Below, one piece after another: positions 8,953 through 19,067 of a DNA stretch of 64,000 bases. Source of the stretch: a virus. The stretch spans positions 1 through 64,000 of IMG/VR virus record IMGVR_UViG_3300028844_005756; one strand, written 5' to 3'. Under the pieces are notes generated by a model. It had not been told where the DNA came from. It was given only the letters and a program-made list of their open reading frames with translations, and ran no database searches. The position numbers were made by a program, and so were the translations under genes. Numbering within the stretch: the stretch's first letter is position 1; every line of letters starts with the position of its first letter.

Positions 8953-9593
8953 TAGGGATTTTTAGGGAGAATTTTAGATAGTTTGGAATATGCGTCAGAA
9001 ATGCTAAAAGTATTTGTTTCTATACTTTTTTCTGCGGTATTTAATCTACTGGAAACTTTCATGATCTTGTCTTCTATGACAATCATAGATTCTTTCATAG
9101 AATCCACATTGCCTTCCATGATAAACAATTGTTTTTCAACACCTCTATTGTTAACCAACATTTCAGACACTTGGGTTTTCAATAATGGCACGGAATCCAG
9201 TTTAGTTTGCATATCATATAACGAATTCCAAACAGAACCTAAACCCCCGGCAAAAACAACTCCAAGTATCGCACCTACATATTTTGAAACATTTGATTTT
9301 TTAACCGTATTACCATCCAACTCTTCTATCTTATCATGAATATGATCTAACAATTTTTCATGATTATTCTTCTCTCTATCTATAATTGACCCGACTTTAG
9401 GAAGAATAACTTTGTAAAAAAAAGTTTCAAACTCACGATTTAAATGTTCATCGTCAAATACTCTTTTACTAATATCAGTTACTTCTCTTTCAAAAGACCT
9501 TAACTTGATATCTAGTTCGTTTTGTTTTTCAAGTATCTTAACTTCATGTTTAGATAACCACTCATAAAATTGTTCTCTTGATAATTCGGACAT
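8952..9593 (-). CDS. single-pass membrane coiled-coil protein
   Basis: Hydrophobic YVGAILGVVFAGGLGSVW flanked by heptad-rich segments; TAATG coupling to the porin. Confidence 0.6.
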   Translation of the reverse strand: MSELSREQFYEWLSKHEVKILEKQNELDIKLRSFEREVTDISKRVFDDEHLNREFETFFYKVILPKVGSIIDREKNNHEKLLDHIHDKIEELDGNTVKKSNVSKYVGAILGVVFAGGLGSVWNSLYDMQTKLDSVPLLKTQVSEMLVNNRGVEKQLFIMEGNVDSMKESMIVIEDKIMKVSSRLNTAEKSIETNTFSISDAYSKLSKILPKNP

Positions 9594-9632
9594 TTTAAAA
9601 TGGTTAAAAAAGTTAGTTAATAGAGTGTATAT

Positions 9633-9785
9633 CTATTTATCTTTTAAAACTTTTTTAGCATAATCCGTTAAAATCTCAACAATTAAATCATTTAATTTTA
9701 TATCTCTTTTGTGTGCTTCTAACGCTAATTCTATGAATGTATCGGTAGGTATATCAATAGTCACTAGTTCATCCTGTTCTTCCAT
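9633..9785 (-). CDS. 50-aa ribbon-helix-helix-like protein (not in ORF track)
   Basis: MEEQDELVTIDIPTDTFIELALEAHKRDIKLNDLIVEILTDYAKKVLKDK*. Confidence 0.6.
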   Translation of the reverse strand: MEEQDELVTIDIPTDTFIELALEAHKRDIKLNDLIVEILTDYAKKVLKDK

Positions 9786-9786
9786 A

Positions 9787-10107
9787 TTAACATTCCTTTA
9801 ATTTCTGTACAATATATTTCATTAATGTTGTTTCTTTCGCATGAGCCCGCATTGATAATTCTAATACTAATTTTTCTGGTAGGTCTAATATAATCATACA
9901 AGTTTCTTCTTCTTGCGTATATACTCCGCCTTCTTTATCAATCTTTTCAAAAATATTAACATTAGGATTATTTTGTAATTCAGAAATAATATTTGCATTA
10001 ATATAATCCGCTGCAGAATCAACATATGTTTCTCCGCCTGAATTAATTTCTTGTAATAAATTTTTAATATCTCTAAGTTCTTCTAACGCAGACATACTTG
10101 TTCCCAT
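9787..10107 (-). CDS. hypothetical protein with C-terminal RHH-like module
   Basis: C-terminal LDLPEKLVLELSMRAHAKETTL parallels 9633..9785. Confidence 0.55.
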   Translation of the reverse strand: MGTSMSALEELRDIKNLLQEINSGGETYVDSAADYINANIISELQNNPNVNIFEKIDKEGGVYTQEEETCMIILDLPEKLVLELSMRAHAKETTLMKYIVQKLKEC

Positions 10108-10113
10108 ATATTG

Positions 10114-10446
10114 TTAAGTCTCCATCATTTCCATATATATATCCAATACATCTTTATGTATCGGAAATGAATTTCCATTTTCTTCCACTATTACATATAC
10201 ACTGTCATTTTCATCATCAATATCTTCTTTATCTATATCTTCATAGTCCTCTTCATATAAATGAAATAAATCATTTAATTTATTTTCCATAGAATCTATA
10301 TCATTATTACTTAAAGTAAGTAGCATTTCTAATTCAGAACCATCAGAATAAACTATTTTTTCTTTTATTTTTACTCCATCATATTCACCAGTCCATTTAA
10401 TTGGTGCTACCGATTTAGAAAATTGAAAAATTTTAGAATTATTCAT
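10114..10446 (-). CDS. acidic hypothetical protein
   Basis: ORF tiled in operon. Confidence 0.55.
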   Translation of the reverse strand: MNNSKIFQFSKSVAPIKWTGEYDGVKIKEKIVYSDGSELEMLLTLSNNDIDSMENKLNDLFHLYEEDYEDIDKEDIDDENDSVYVIVEENGNSFPIHKDVLDIYMEMMET

Positions 10447-10690
10447 ATTTTTTTTTCTTGTGTTGGTTAAAAGTGTTCATTACAGAGAAACTATTTAAAA
10501 TTCCAAAATCATCTACATTTAATAATTTTAAAGTGTTTTTGCTAATATTTTTTTTTACAATTTCTTCGGGAAAAATAAAACATTCATTATTTTTTGAAAT
10601 TATTTGTACTTCATTTTGTTCTAAATTAGAAGAGTAACGAATACTAACATTGACTTTTATATCGGAATCGTGTATAATAAATGGTTTCAT
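10439..10690 (-). CDS. hypothetical protein
   Basis: First ORF after divergent promoters. Confidence 0.5.
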   Translation of the reverse strand: MKPFIIHDSDIKVNVSIRYSSNLEQNEVQIISKNNECFIFPEEIVKKNISKNTLKLLNVDDFGILNSFSVMNTFNQHKKKKYE

Positions 10691-10733
10691 ATTTCTTTAT
10701 TTTATTTTAGTAAGCTAATTTAAGTTTACATTC

Positions 10734-10770
10734 TATTTATAGAATACCACAAAAGTTTGAAAAAATCAAG
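10734..10770 (-). promoter_or_regulatory. tandem sigma70-like promoter and T4 late promoter
   Basis: TTGATT...TGgTATTCT, then TATAAATA at 10734-10741, both on the minus strand. Confidence 0.5.
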
Positions 10771-10827
10771 TATTTTTTCAAACATAAATATAAGTAGTTC
10801 AAAATATTAAATAAATTAGGAGAATTC

Positions 10828-11349
10828 ATGTCAGCGCCTTCATTACTAAGTATTAACAATGGGGATTTAGATAATAATTTTTCTCAAGTAAATCGTTTTG
10901 AGATGGTATTTTCTATTCTCCCAAATGTTACATATACGTTAAACGAGGTGAATTTACCTGGATTATCAATAAGCAATCCAATAGTTCCAACTATACTAAA
11001 TCCAACTTATCATGGAGCCGATTCAGCTACTTTTGATCAATTAAATATTAATTTTTTAGTGCAGGAAGATTTTGCTAATTATTTTGAAATACATGATTGG
11101 ATAAGAGCAATTTCATTTCCTGATAGTTTTAATGATAGAAAAGATTTAGAAAGATTTGAAGGTGTTGATAGTTATGGATTTTTGACTATTAATGATAGTT
11201 ATAACCTACCTTTATATAGATTTCATTTCTATAATGTAATACCCAATACATTAACTGGTTTGAATTTGATGGCTGCGGATGCTAATGAACTACTTGCTTC
11301 AGCTTCTTTTAATTATACAATTTACAGAAGGGAAGTTGTCAAAAAATAA
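10828..11349 (+). CDS. tail completion / sheath stabiliser gp3-like
   Basis: LPNVTY..VNLPGLS, FDQLNINFLVQEDFANYFEIHDWI; gp3-uvsY-uvsW synteny. Confidence 0.85.
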   Translation: MSAPSLLSINNGDLDNNFSQVNRFEMVFSILPNVTYTLNEVNLPGLSISNPIVPTILNPTYHGADSATFDQLNINFLVQEDFANYFEIHDWIRAISFPDSFNDRKDLERFEGVDSYGFLTINDSYNLPLYRFHFYNVIPNTLTGLNLMAADANELLASASFNYTIYRREVVKK

Positions 11350-11368
11350 TTTTGTTTTTGGAGTTAAT

Positions 11369-11830
11369 ATGATTACCCATGAATTGATTTCTTCCGAATG
11401 GAACAACGACTATCCAAAATATGAAGATATTACAAAGAATTTATCTAATTTAGATGAGATTACATTAAGCGTTGAAAATAAGTACAACAAATACTCTGAT
11501 TTCTATTACGAAGCTTGTAAAGAACTTTATGGTTTACAAAAAAAACAAGAACAAATGGAAAAAGTATTAAAATTATATTATTCAAAAAAACCTATGTCTG
11601 ATGATGATATTGAGAAATATCAATTAGAAGCGTTACAAATTTCGTATACTAAACCTGAAATTGATATGATGGTACGTTCTGATAGTAGAATTCTTGATAT
11701 TAAAACTAAAATAAAAATGAAAGAATTAACTATTGAAAAAATTAGAACATGTATGAAATTCATTACAGATTGGAAATGGAATTTTAGTAAATTTATAGAT
11801 TTGTATAAAATTAAAAATGGAATAATTTGA
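11369..11830 (+). CDS. uvsY: recombination mediator UvsY
   Basis: Position between gp3 and uvsW; KY...LYYS...D...W pattern; ATG after GGAG. Confidence 0.75.
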   Translation: MITHELISSEWNNDYPKYEDITKNLSNLDEITLSVENKYNKYSDFYYEACKELYGLQKKQEQMEKVLKLYYSKKPMSDDDIEKYQLEALQISYTKPEIDMMVRSDSRILDIKTKIKMKELTIEKIRTCMKFITDWKWNFSKFIDLYKIKNGII

Positions 11831-11837
11831 GAGTATA

Positions 11838-13286
11838 ATGGAAAAAATAAATGTAAATTTTTTAAATCATAGTGATTGTAGATTAATTTGTTCTCCAAGC
11901 GTAATGAATGAATTGAGTGATGTTTTCTCATATTTTATACCAAGTGCAAGATATCATCCTAAATTTAAAGCTAAAAAATGGGATGGTAAAATACGCTTAG
12001 TAAATATGCGAACAAAAACTATTCCTTATGGGTTAATTCACCGTTTAAAAAATTATTGTAAGATTAAAGAATATGAATTTGAATCTGAATTTTCTTTAGA
12101 ACCTGTAGATTTTAGTGAAGAAAATGCTATAGAATTTATTGAAAATTTACAAATGCCATTTGAAGTTAGAGACTATCAGATTCAGGCATTTGTTCATGCT
12201 GTTCAGAAACAACGGTCCATTTTAGTCTCACCTACTGGTAGTGGTAAGTCTGCTATTATATATTTGCTCATGCGTTTATTCTACGAGTTAGACCGTAGGG
12301 TTTTGATGATTGTACCTACTGTTAATCTTGTAACTCAGATGAGATCTGATTTTGAGGAATATGCAATTAATATAGATAAATTATCTGTTCAAGAGGTATA
12401 TGCAGGTAGGACTAAAGAAGTTTCTTCACCAATCATGATTTCAACTTGGCAAAGTCTGCAGAATCTTGAGCGAGATTGGTTTGACCAATTTGACACCGTT
12501 GTTATTGATGAAACTCATTTAGCTACTGGAAATACACTTCAGAAAATTCTAAACTACTGTAATCATGCAGATTTCCGAGTGGGACTTACCGGAACTTTGA
12601 CTGGAGAAAAGATTCATGAGATGTTACTTATTGGTGCAATTGGTGAACCAAAGAAGATTATAACCACCAGTGAGTTGATTGATAATGAAATGTTAAGTGA
12701 TTTAAAAATCAAATGTTTGATATTAAATCATAAAAATTCTCCACCAAAAATGAACTATCAAGAAGAGATTGCCTACTTGATCTCTCACCAGAAAAGAAAT
12801 GATTTTATTATTAATTTAGCAAAATCTTTGAAAGGCAACACTCTGATTTTGTTTAATTATGTTGAAAATCATGGAGTTATTTTGTATGAGCAAATCACAG
12901 AAGAGATTGAAGATAAAAATATATTTTTCATGAGCGGTGAAACAAAGGCAGAATTACGTGAGAACATTCGCCAACACGTTAGAAACAACCATTCCGATAA
13001 TATCATTTTAGCAAGTAGCGGTGTATTTTCAACAGGAGTGAATATACCGGCATTACATAATGTAATATTTTCCTCACCAACAAAATCTAAAATTAGAGTG
13101 CTACAGTCTGTTGGTAGAATTTTGCGAAAACATGATTCTAAAAATGTTGCGACCGTCTATGACATAGCGGACAAATTATATACAACGAAGAAAAATTATG
13201 TTTTTACTCACTTTGAAGAAAGATACAAGTATTACATTGAAGAAGATTTTGATGTTAAGTACTATGAATTTAATTTAAAGACTTGA
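11838..13286 (+). CDS. uvsW: SF2 helicase UvsW
   Basis: WDGKIRL, RDYQ, SPTGSGKS, DETH, GLTGT, LQSVGRILR. Confidence 0.95.
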   Translation: MEKINVNFLNHSDCRLICSPSVMNELSDVFSYFIPSARYHPKFKAKKWDGKIRLVNMRTKTIPYGLIHRLKNYCKIKEYEFESEFSLEPVDFSEENAIEFIENLQMPFEVRDYQIQAFVHAVQKQRSILVSPTGSGKSAIIYLLMRLFYELDRRVLMIVPTVNLVTQMRSDFEEYAINIDKLSVQEVYAGRTKEVSSPIMISTWQSLQNLERDWFDQFDTVVIDETHLATGNTLQKILNYCNHADFRVGLTGTLTGEKIHEMLLIGAIGEPKKIITTSELIDNEMLSDLKIKCLILNHKNSPPKMNYQEEIAYLISHQKRNDFIINLAKSLKGNTLILFNYVENHGVILYEQITEEIEDKNIFFMSGETKAELRENIRQHVRNNHSDNIILASSGVFSTGVNIPALHNVIFSSPTKSKIRVLQSVGRILRKHDSKNVATVYDIADKLYTTKKNYVFTHFEERYKYYIEEDFDVKYYEFNLKT

Positions 13287-13311
13287 CATTCTGTCAATTT
13301 TAAGATATAAT
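13283..13311 (+). promoter_or_regulatory. sigma70 promoter for gp55
   Basis: TTGACA-17-TATAAT consensus. Confidence 0.8.
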
Positions 13312-13361
13312 ATATTTGTTTGATAAAAGAATTAAAAAAAACAAATTAAGGAGATTTTCTA

Positions 13362-14021
13362 ATGGCTAAAGCTAATTTTGTAGATAAGAAAAAATTTTAT
13401 GAACATCTGTTGAGTAGATATGATACTGTATTAAAAGTAAAAGCGAAGCAAAAGAAATATTATAACATGATTGAAAAAGCTAATGGAGATGCTGCAGACA
13501 AAGTTATATTAAATCAGAAAGTTAAAGAATTATTACATCGTATTCCTATTGATGATTTTATTGGAAGTTGTATCTTAAAAATATGTAAAAATCTCATTCG
13601 TAAAAAAGGTTTTATTGAATATAGCCAAACTCACAGTGAAGATATGATTGGTGATGCGATAGAAAATTGTATTCTTTACATATCTTCATTTGACCCTCGC
13701 AAATCTTCAGAACCGTTTTCATATTTTACACAAGTTGCTACATGGGCTTTTGTCAGAAGAATTGAAAAAGAAAAAAGAGAAATTTATTTTAAATTAAGAT
13801 CTTTACATAATATGGATGGACTAATTGACAGTTCATTTCAAGCGGAATATGATGATACTTATGATGGTAAAATTATGAGTGATGATTGGTTAATCCATAC
13901 ACGCAATTATGTAAATGAATATGAAGATAAAATGGAAAAGAAAAGAAATCGACAACGTAAGAAAAAAGAAAGAAAAAATTTAACAGATATGTTTGAAAAG
14001 GTGGAGGAAATAAATGAATGA
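13362..14021 (+). CDS. late sigma factor gp55
   Basis: EDMIGDAIENC, FDPRKSSEPFSYFTQ..WAFVRRIEKEK. Confidence 0.93.
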   Translation: MAKANFVDKKKFYEHLLSRYDTVLKVKAKQKKYYNMIEKANGDAADKVILNQKVKELLHRIPIDDFIGSCILKICKNLIRKKGFIEYSQTHSEDMIGDAIENCILYISSFDPRKSSEPFSYFTQVATWAFVRRIEKEKREIYFKLRSLHNMDGLIDSSFQAEYDDTYDGKIMSDDWLIHTRNYVNEYEDKMEKKRNRQRKKKERKNLTDMFEKVEEINE

Positions 14022-15072
14022 GTGGGTGGCATTAATTACAGACCAACATTTTGGTGTAAGAAATAATTCACAAACGTTTTTAGATTATTATTTTAAATTT
14101 TATGATGATGTATTTTTTCCAGCATTAGAAGAATATGATGTTTTAGATATTATAGACCTTGGTGATACTTTTGATAAAAGAAAGTCAATTGATTTTAATA
14201 TATTAGATCAAGTTAAAGAAAGATATTATCAAAAATTATTAAATATGGAAAAAACAGTTTATAGTATTGTTGGTAATCATACAGCATATTATAAAAATAC
14301 TAATCGTGTGAACACATTAAAATTATTATTAAATGATTTTGAGAATGTGTATATATGCGAAGAACCTGAAGTAGTAAGAATAAATGAAAACGATGTATTG
14401 TTGATGCCGTGGATAAATGAAGAAAACAGAGACATTGCATTTGAACTTTTAGAAAAAAATCATGAATATTGTTTTGGTCATTTAGAGATTAACGGTTTTG
14501 AGATGTACAAAGGACACGTACATTCTGATGGTGAATTTGATAGTAATATTTTTAAAAATGTAAAAAATGTTTTTTCTGGTCATTTTCATCATCGCAGTAA
14601 AAAAGGAAATATTATGTATTTGGGAAATCCATATCAATTAACATGGGGTGACTATGGTGATGTGAGAGGATTTCATATGTTAAATTTTGAAACTGGTGAA
14701 TTAAAATTTATTGAAAATCCTTATCAAATGTTTCATACAATAAAGTATGACAATAAATTTGATAAAATAGATTTTGAAAAATATAGAGATACGTATGTAA
14801 AAGTTATATGTAATAAAAAAGGTAGTCAATTAAAATTTGAAACTTTTATGAAAAGATTACATCAACATAATCCTGCTGACGTAATTATAATAGAACAGGA
14901 AAATATATTTAATAATGAAGATCTTGATGATTCTTTTGAAGAAGAAAATACAAAAGAAATATGTCAAAATACTGTTAGAAAATATATTGAAGAAAATTCT
15001 ATTTCTTTTGGAAATAGATTAGAAGATAAACTATTAAATTTATTAAGAAAAGCTGAAGAAGAGGAAGTATGA
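14014..15072 (+). CDS. recombination endonuclease gp47 (Mre11-like)
   Basis: TDQHFG, LGDTFD, GNH, GHLE, SGHFH. Confidence 0.95.
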   Translation: MNEWVALITDQHFGVRNNSQTFLDYYFKFYDDVFFPALEEYDVLDIIDLGDTFDKRKSIDFNILDQVKERYYQKLLNMEKTVYSIVGNHTAYYKNTNRVNTLKLLLNDFENVYICEEPEVVRINENDVLLMPWINEENRDIAFELLEKNHEYCFGHLEINGFEMYKGHVHSDGEFDSNIFKNVKNVFSGHFHHRSKKGNIMYLGNPYQLTWGDYGDVRGFHMLNFETGELKFIENPYQMFHTIKYDNKFDKIDFEKYRDTYVKVICNKKGSQLKFETFMKRLHQHNPADVIIIEQENIFNNEDLDDSFEEENTKEICQNTVRKYIEENSISFGNRLEDKLLNLLRKAEEEEV

Positions 15073-15434
15073 ATCGCAAAAATACAGATCCTCCTAAAAC
15101 GATATCTTTAGCACCCAATGCTATTTCTCCTAATTCACAAAGAAGAAGACCGAAGTCTAATTCTATATTACCGCCTAAAAAAGAAATAACCCCAGTTACT
15201 CATGAAACTATGGTTGATTATTTCTCTGATGATAAAAAGGCAGTAAGATTTGCTAAAGGAATGGGTATAAAAAAAATAGCCATAAATCGTAAAACAAATG
15301 CGATAGAATTTGAATTAGAAGAAGATTTTCATAATGTATTAAATACAATAAGTTCTTGGAAAAAAATAAGTCCTGATGTTTATTTGAGTCAACTGATTAC
15401 TGAATATTTTTTGTCAATGAAAGAGAAAAAATGA
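15069..15434 (+). CDS. hypothetical protein
   Basis: ATGA-coupled to gp47. Confidence 0.6.
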   Translation: MNRKNTDPPKTISLAPNAISPNSQRRRPKSNSILPPKKEITPVTHETMVDYFSDDKKAVRFAKGMGIKKIAINRKTNAIEFELEEDFHNVLNTISSWKKISPDVYLSQLITEYFLSMKEKK

Positions 15435-15443
15435 AGGAAATAT

Positions 15444-16511
15444 ATGCGAATTGAAAATGATGTAAAGTATGATTATAGTGATGTTCTTATTCGGCCTAAA
15501 AGGTCAACACTATCTTCTCGCAATGAAGTTTCTTTAGAAAGAAATTATGCTAGTATTAAATGGACTGGTGTTCCCATTATAGCGGCTAATATGGATGGTG
15601 TTGGTACAATTGAAATGGCAAAAAAACTTAGTGAAATGAAAATGTTTACATGTCTTAAAAAAACATACGACACTTCACAACTTATTGAATTTTTTTCTAA
15701 TAAAATAAATTGTCAACACACAGCAATGAGTATTGGAATTACAGATCATGATTTTCGTAAGTTCTGTGATGTTTATAGTATATGTCAAAATTTAAAATTT
15801 GTTTGTATTGATGTGGCTAACGGATATAGTGAAAGATTTGTAGATTTTGTTAAAAAAATACGTGAAGTTGATTTTAGAGGAATATATGATGAAAAAGCAG
15901 ATGATACATTCCGAAGACACAATCCTTTGTTCATCATTGCTGGAAATGTTGTTACTGGTGAAATGGCAGAACAATTGATTCTTAGTGGTGTTGATATTGT
16001 TAAAGTGGGTATTGGTCCTGGTTCTGCTTGTACTACTCGCATACAAACTGGAGTAGGATATCCACAACTATCTGCTGTAATGGAATGTGCTGATGCGGCA
16101 CATGGATTAGGTGGATTGATTATTGCTGATGGAGGATGTACATGTCCTGGTGATGTAGTTAAAGCATTTGCAGGTGGTGCAGACTTTGTTATGTTAGGTG
16201 GAATGTTAGCCGGTCACGATGAGGGAGGCGGAACTATTATAGAAAAAAATGATGAAAAATATATAGAGTTCTATGGCATGAGTTCCAAGAAAGCTAATGA
16301 AAAACATTTTGGTGGATTGAAAGATTACCGAGCTTCTGAAGGTAGAGAAGTTTTAATTCCTTATCGTGGTGAAGTATCTGAAACCATTCAAGAAATTCTT
16401 GGCGGATTACGTAGTGCTTGTACCTATGTTGGAGCAAGTCAATTAAAACACTTGACAAAATGCACAACATTTGTTAAAGTAAGTAATCAATATAATACTG
16501 TCTTTGCCTAA
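15444..16511 (+). CDS. guaC: GMP reductase
   Basis: [52 protein letters not shown]. Confidence 0.96.
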   Translation: MRIENDVKYDYSDVLIRPKRSTLSSRNEVSLERNYASIKWTGVPIIAANMDGVGTIEMAKKLSEMKMFTCLKKTYDTSQLIEFFSNKINCQHTAMSIGITDHDFRKFCDVYSICQNLKFVCIDVANGYSERFVDFVKKIREVDFRGIYDEKADDTFRRHNPLFIIAGNVVTGEMAEQLILSGVDIVKVGIGPGSACTTRIQTGVGYPQLSAVMECADAAHGLGGLIIADGGCTCPGDVVKAFAGGADFVMLGGMLAGHDEGGGTIIEKNDEKYIEFYGMSSKKANEKHFGGLKDYRASEGREVLIPYRGEVSETIQEILGGLRSACTYVGASQLKHLTKCTTFVKVSNQYNTVFA

Positions 16512-16519
16512 AAAAAGAC

Positions 16520-16548
16520 TTGACATTTTAAATCATTGGTAATATAAT
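16520..16548 (+). promoter_or_regulatory. sigma70 promoter abutting the gp46 start
   Basis: TTGACA-17-TATAAT immediately followed by ATG. Confidence 0.6.
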
Positions 16549-18285
16549 ATGCATATCATTTTTGAAAAAGTTCGTTTTCAGAACTTTCTTTCCTTTGGTA
16601 CAACCCCAACAGAAATTAATTTAGTCAATTATAAATCAACTCTTGTCACAGGCTCAAATTTTTCTGGAAAATCTTCAGCTATACTTGATACAATTACATT
16701 CTCTCTTTTTGGAAAAGCATTTAGACAAATTAACAAACCGCAACTTATTAATATGTTTAATGGAAAAGAGTGTTTAGTTGAATTACAATTTGTAAAAAAT
16801 AATGTAAGATATTTGATTAGACGAGGATTAAAACCAAACATATTTGAAATTTTTAAAAACGATCAAAAATTAGATATTGATGCTTCTGCAAAAGATCAAC
16901 AATCTGAGTTTGAAAAAAACATTTTAAATTTTACATATCAAACATTTCAACAGATTGTAGTTTTAGGGTCTGCTAATTATATACCTTTCATGCGATTAAA
17001 ACCAAATGAAAGGAGATTAGTTGTTGATGATATTTTAAATTTACATGTCTTTACCAAGATGGCAGACAATCTGAAATTAGAAATTACCGAAACTAAATCA
17101 GAATTACAAACTACTCTCAATCAACTCTTTTTAAAAGAAGAATTATTAAATTCTAAGAAAGAACATTTAGAAGCACTTTCTAATGTAAATGTTTCTACAG
17201 TTGATGAGAACTTAATAAATGAGATTAAAAATGAAAATGAAAATCTAACATTAGAAATAGAGGAAAAAGAAAGAGAATTAGAAACACTTCATATAGAAGA
17301 TGAACATGATTTGTTATCTGTAGATAGAGAATTAAATAAGTATGAAAAAATAAAAAACAAAATAATGTTTGGTGTTGAAACTCAAAAGAAAACATATGAC
17401 TTTTTTCTTGAAAATTCCAGTTGTCCAACTTGTTGTCAAAACATAGAAGAAGATTTTAGAAAAAAACAGATAGAATTAATAAAAGAAAAAATACTAGAAA
17501 AGAAAGAAGGTGTTCAACAACTCCTTGAAAAAATAACAGACTTTAAAAATATAAAAGAAGACTATATATCAATTAATAAAAATATTGATTCAAATAAAAA
17601 AAAGCAGGTTGAATTAAAAAATTTAATTCTTTCATTAAAAAATAAAATTAAAAACAATCATGAAAAAATTTCTATATTAAGAAATCCTAGTACTTTGGAT
17701 GTTGAAAAAGTGAATAAAACTGAAAAAGAAATTTTAGATATAGAAAAGACTATTAATGAATTAAAGTATAATGAAAAATTTTACAATGAAGAAACTGAGA
17801 TACAAAAAAATTGTAGTATTTTACTAAAAGATACCGGTATTAAAGCTACAATTATGAATAAGTATTTGAGATTATTAAATAAAAATATGGAATTATATTT
17901 AAAAAGATTTGGATTAAAATTAAATTTTGAATTAGATAATTCATTTAATGAAAAAATTACAAATTTTTCAGGTCATGAATTCTCATATTTTTCACTTAGC
18001 GAAGGAGAAAAACTAAGAGTTGATTTGGCTATGATGTTTTCATGGAGAAATCTTGCTACAAAGAGAGCAAAAATGAAAACAAATATTTTAATTTTAGATG
18101 AAGTGATGGATGGTGCAGCGGATGCTTTTCTCCAACAAGAACTTGTAGATTTATTAAATGAACTTGACTCCACAAATGTTTATGTTATTTCACATAGAAC
18201 AGATGGATTGCAAGATAAATTTGATAGAAATTTACATGTTGAGCGTAAAACTGGATTTTCTATTATAAAGGAAAATATATTATGA
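16549..18285 (+). CDS. recombination ATPase gp46 (Rad50-like)
   Basis: NFLSFG, GSNFSGKS, CPTC hook, SEGEK, ILDE, VISH. Confidence 0.95.
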   Translation: MHIIFEKVRFQNFLSFGTTPTEINLVNYKSTLVTGSNFSGKSSAILDTITFSLFGKAFRQINKPQLINMFNGKECLVELQFVKNNVRYLIRRGLKPNIFEIFKNDQKLDIDASAKDQQSEFEKNILNFTYQTFQQIVVLGSANYIPFMRLKPNERRLVVDDILNLHVFTKMADNLKLEITETKSELQTTLNQLFLKEELLNSKKEHLEALSNVNVSTVDENLINEIKNENENLTLEIEEKERELETLHIEDEHDLLSVDRELNKYEKIKNKIMFGVETQKKTYDFFLENSSCPTCCQNIEEDFRKKQIELIKEKILEKKEGVQQLLEKITDFKNIKEDYISINKNIDSNKKKQVELKNLILSLKNKIKNNHEKISILRNPSTLDVEKVNKTEKEILDIEKTINELKYNEKFYNEETEIQKNCSILLKDTGIKATIMNKYLRLLNKNMELYLKRFGLKLNFELDNSFNEKITNFSGHEFSYFSLSEGEKLRVDLAMMFSWRNLATKRAKMKTNILILDEVMDGAADAFLQQELVDLLNELDSTNVYVISHRTDGLQDKFDRNLHVERKTGFSIIKENIL

Positions 18286-19067
18286 TTCTACAATCTGATT
18301 TTGACGTTGGATTTGAAATAGAAGGTTTTGCATTAGAATCAAATTATATAAAAATTAAAAAACTTGCAGAAGAATATGGATTGTATTTTATCACAGGAGA
18401 TTGTAGTATAAAAGAAGATGATGATATGAAAGAACTTTCATATTATGAATATAATGGTAATGAATACTATGAAACTATTGTTCCATTTGAAATTAATACT
18501 AAACCTTTAATTGTAACACCAAAAAACATATTAAAAACAATTAATTTTTTTGTTGATTTATATAAAAATAGAATCGTTACAAATAATACATGCTCTTTGC
18601 ATATGCATGTTAAATTAAAAAAAGATAAATTAAACTCATTGAAATCATTTTACAATTCTGCAATGTGTTTAGCTTATCTAATTGAAACTCAAAAATATAA
18701 AAACTTTAAAGTGTTTGATGGAGAAAAAATGGAGCATGTATTTTGGGCAAATCCAGAATACATGTATAAAGAATATGAGCGAATGAAAAACAACTTTGAA
18801 AATATTAAAAATGTAAATCATGATAAAAGAAGAGGTCTGTTTCATACACATTCAATTGGTACACTTGAATGGAGAGGTCCTAGGAGATTATTTGATAGTA
18901 ACCCCTTAATGTTTTTAAATAATTCATTAAAGTCATATGAAGATAGAATAATACGATATACAAAATTTTTATTTAATTTAATACCCACTCTAAGAGATGC
19001 ACACAATGCAAAAGGTATTGAAAAGAAAAATTCACTTTATTGGTCACTTTATTACTTAAAGGTGTAG
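18282..19067 (+). CDS. putative amidoligase (COOH-NH2 ligase-like)
   Basis: GFEIE, DCSI, FEINT, CSLHMHV, TLEWR motif series. Confidence 0.6.
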   Translation: MILQSDFDVGFEIEGFALESNYIKIKKLAEEYGLYFITGDCSIKEDDDMKELSYYEYNGNEYYETIVPFEINTKPLIVTPKNILKTINFFVDLYKNRIVTNNTCSLHMHVKLKKDKLNSLKSFYNSAMCLAYLIETQKYKNFKVFDGEKMEHVFWANPEYMYKEYERMKNNFENIKNVNHDKRRGLFHTHSIGTLEWRGPRRLFDSNPLMFLNNSLKSYEDRIIRYTKFLFNLIPTLRDAHNAKGIEKKNSLYWSLYYLKV

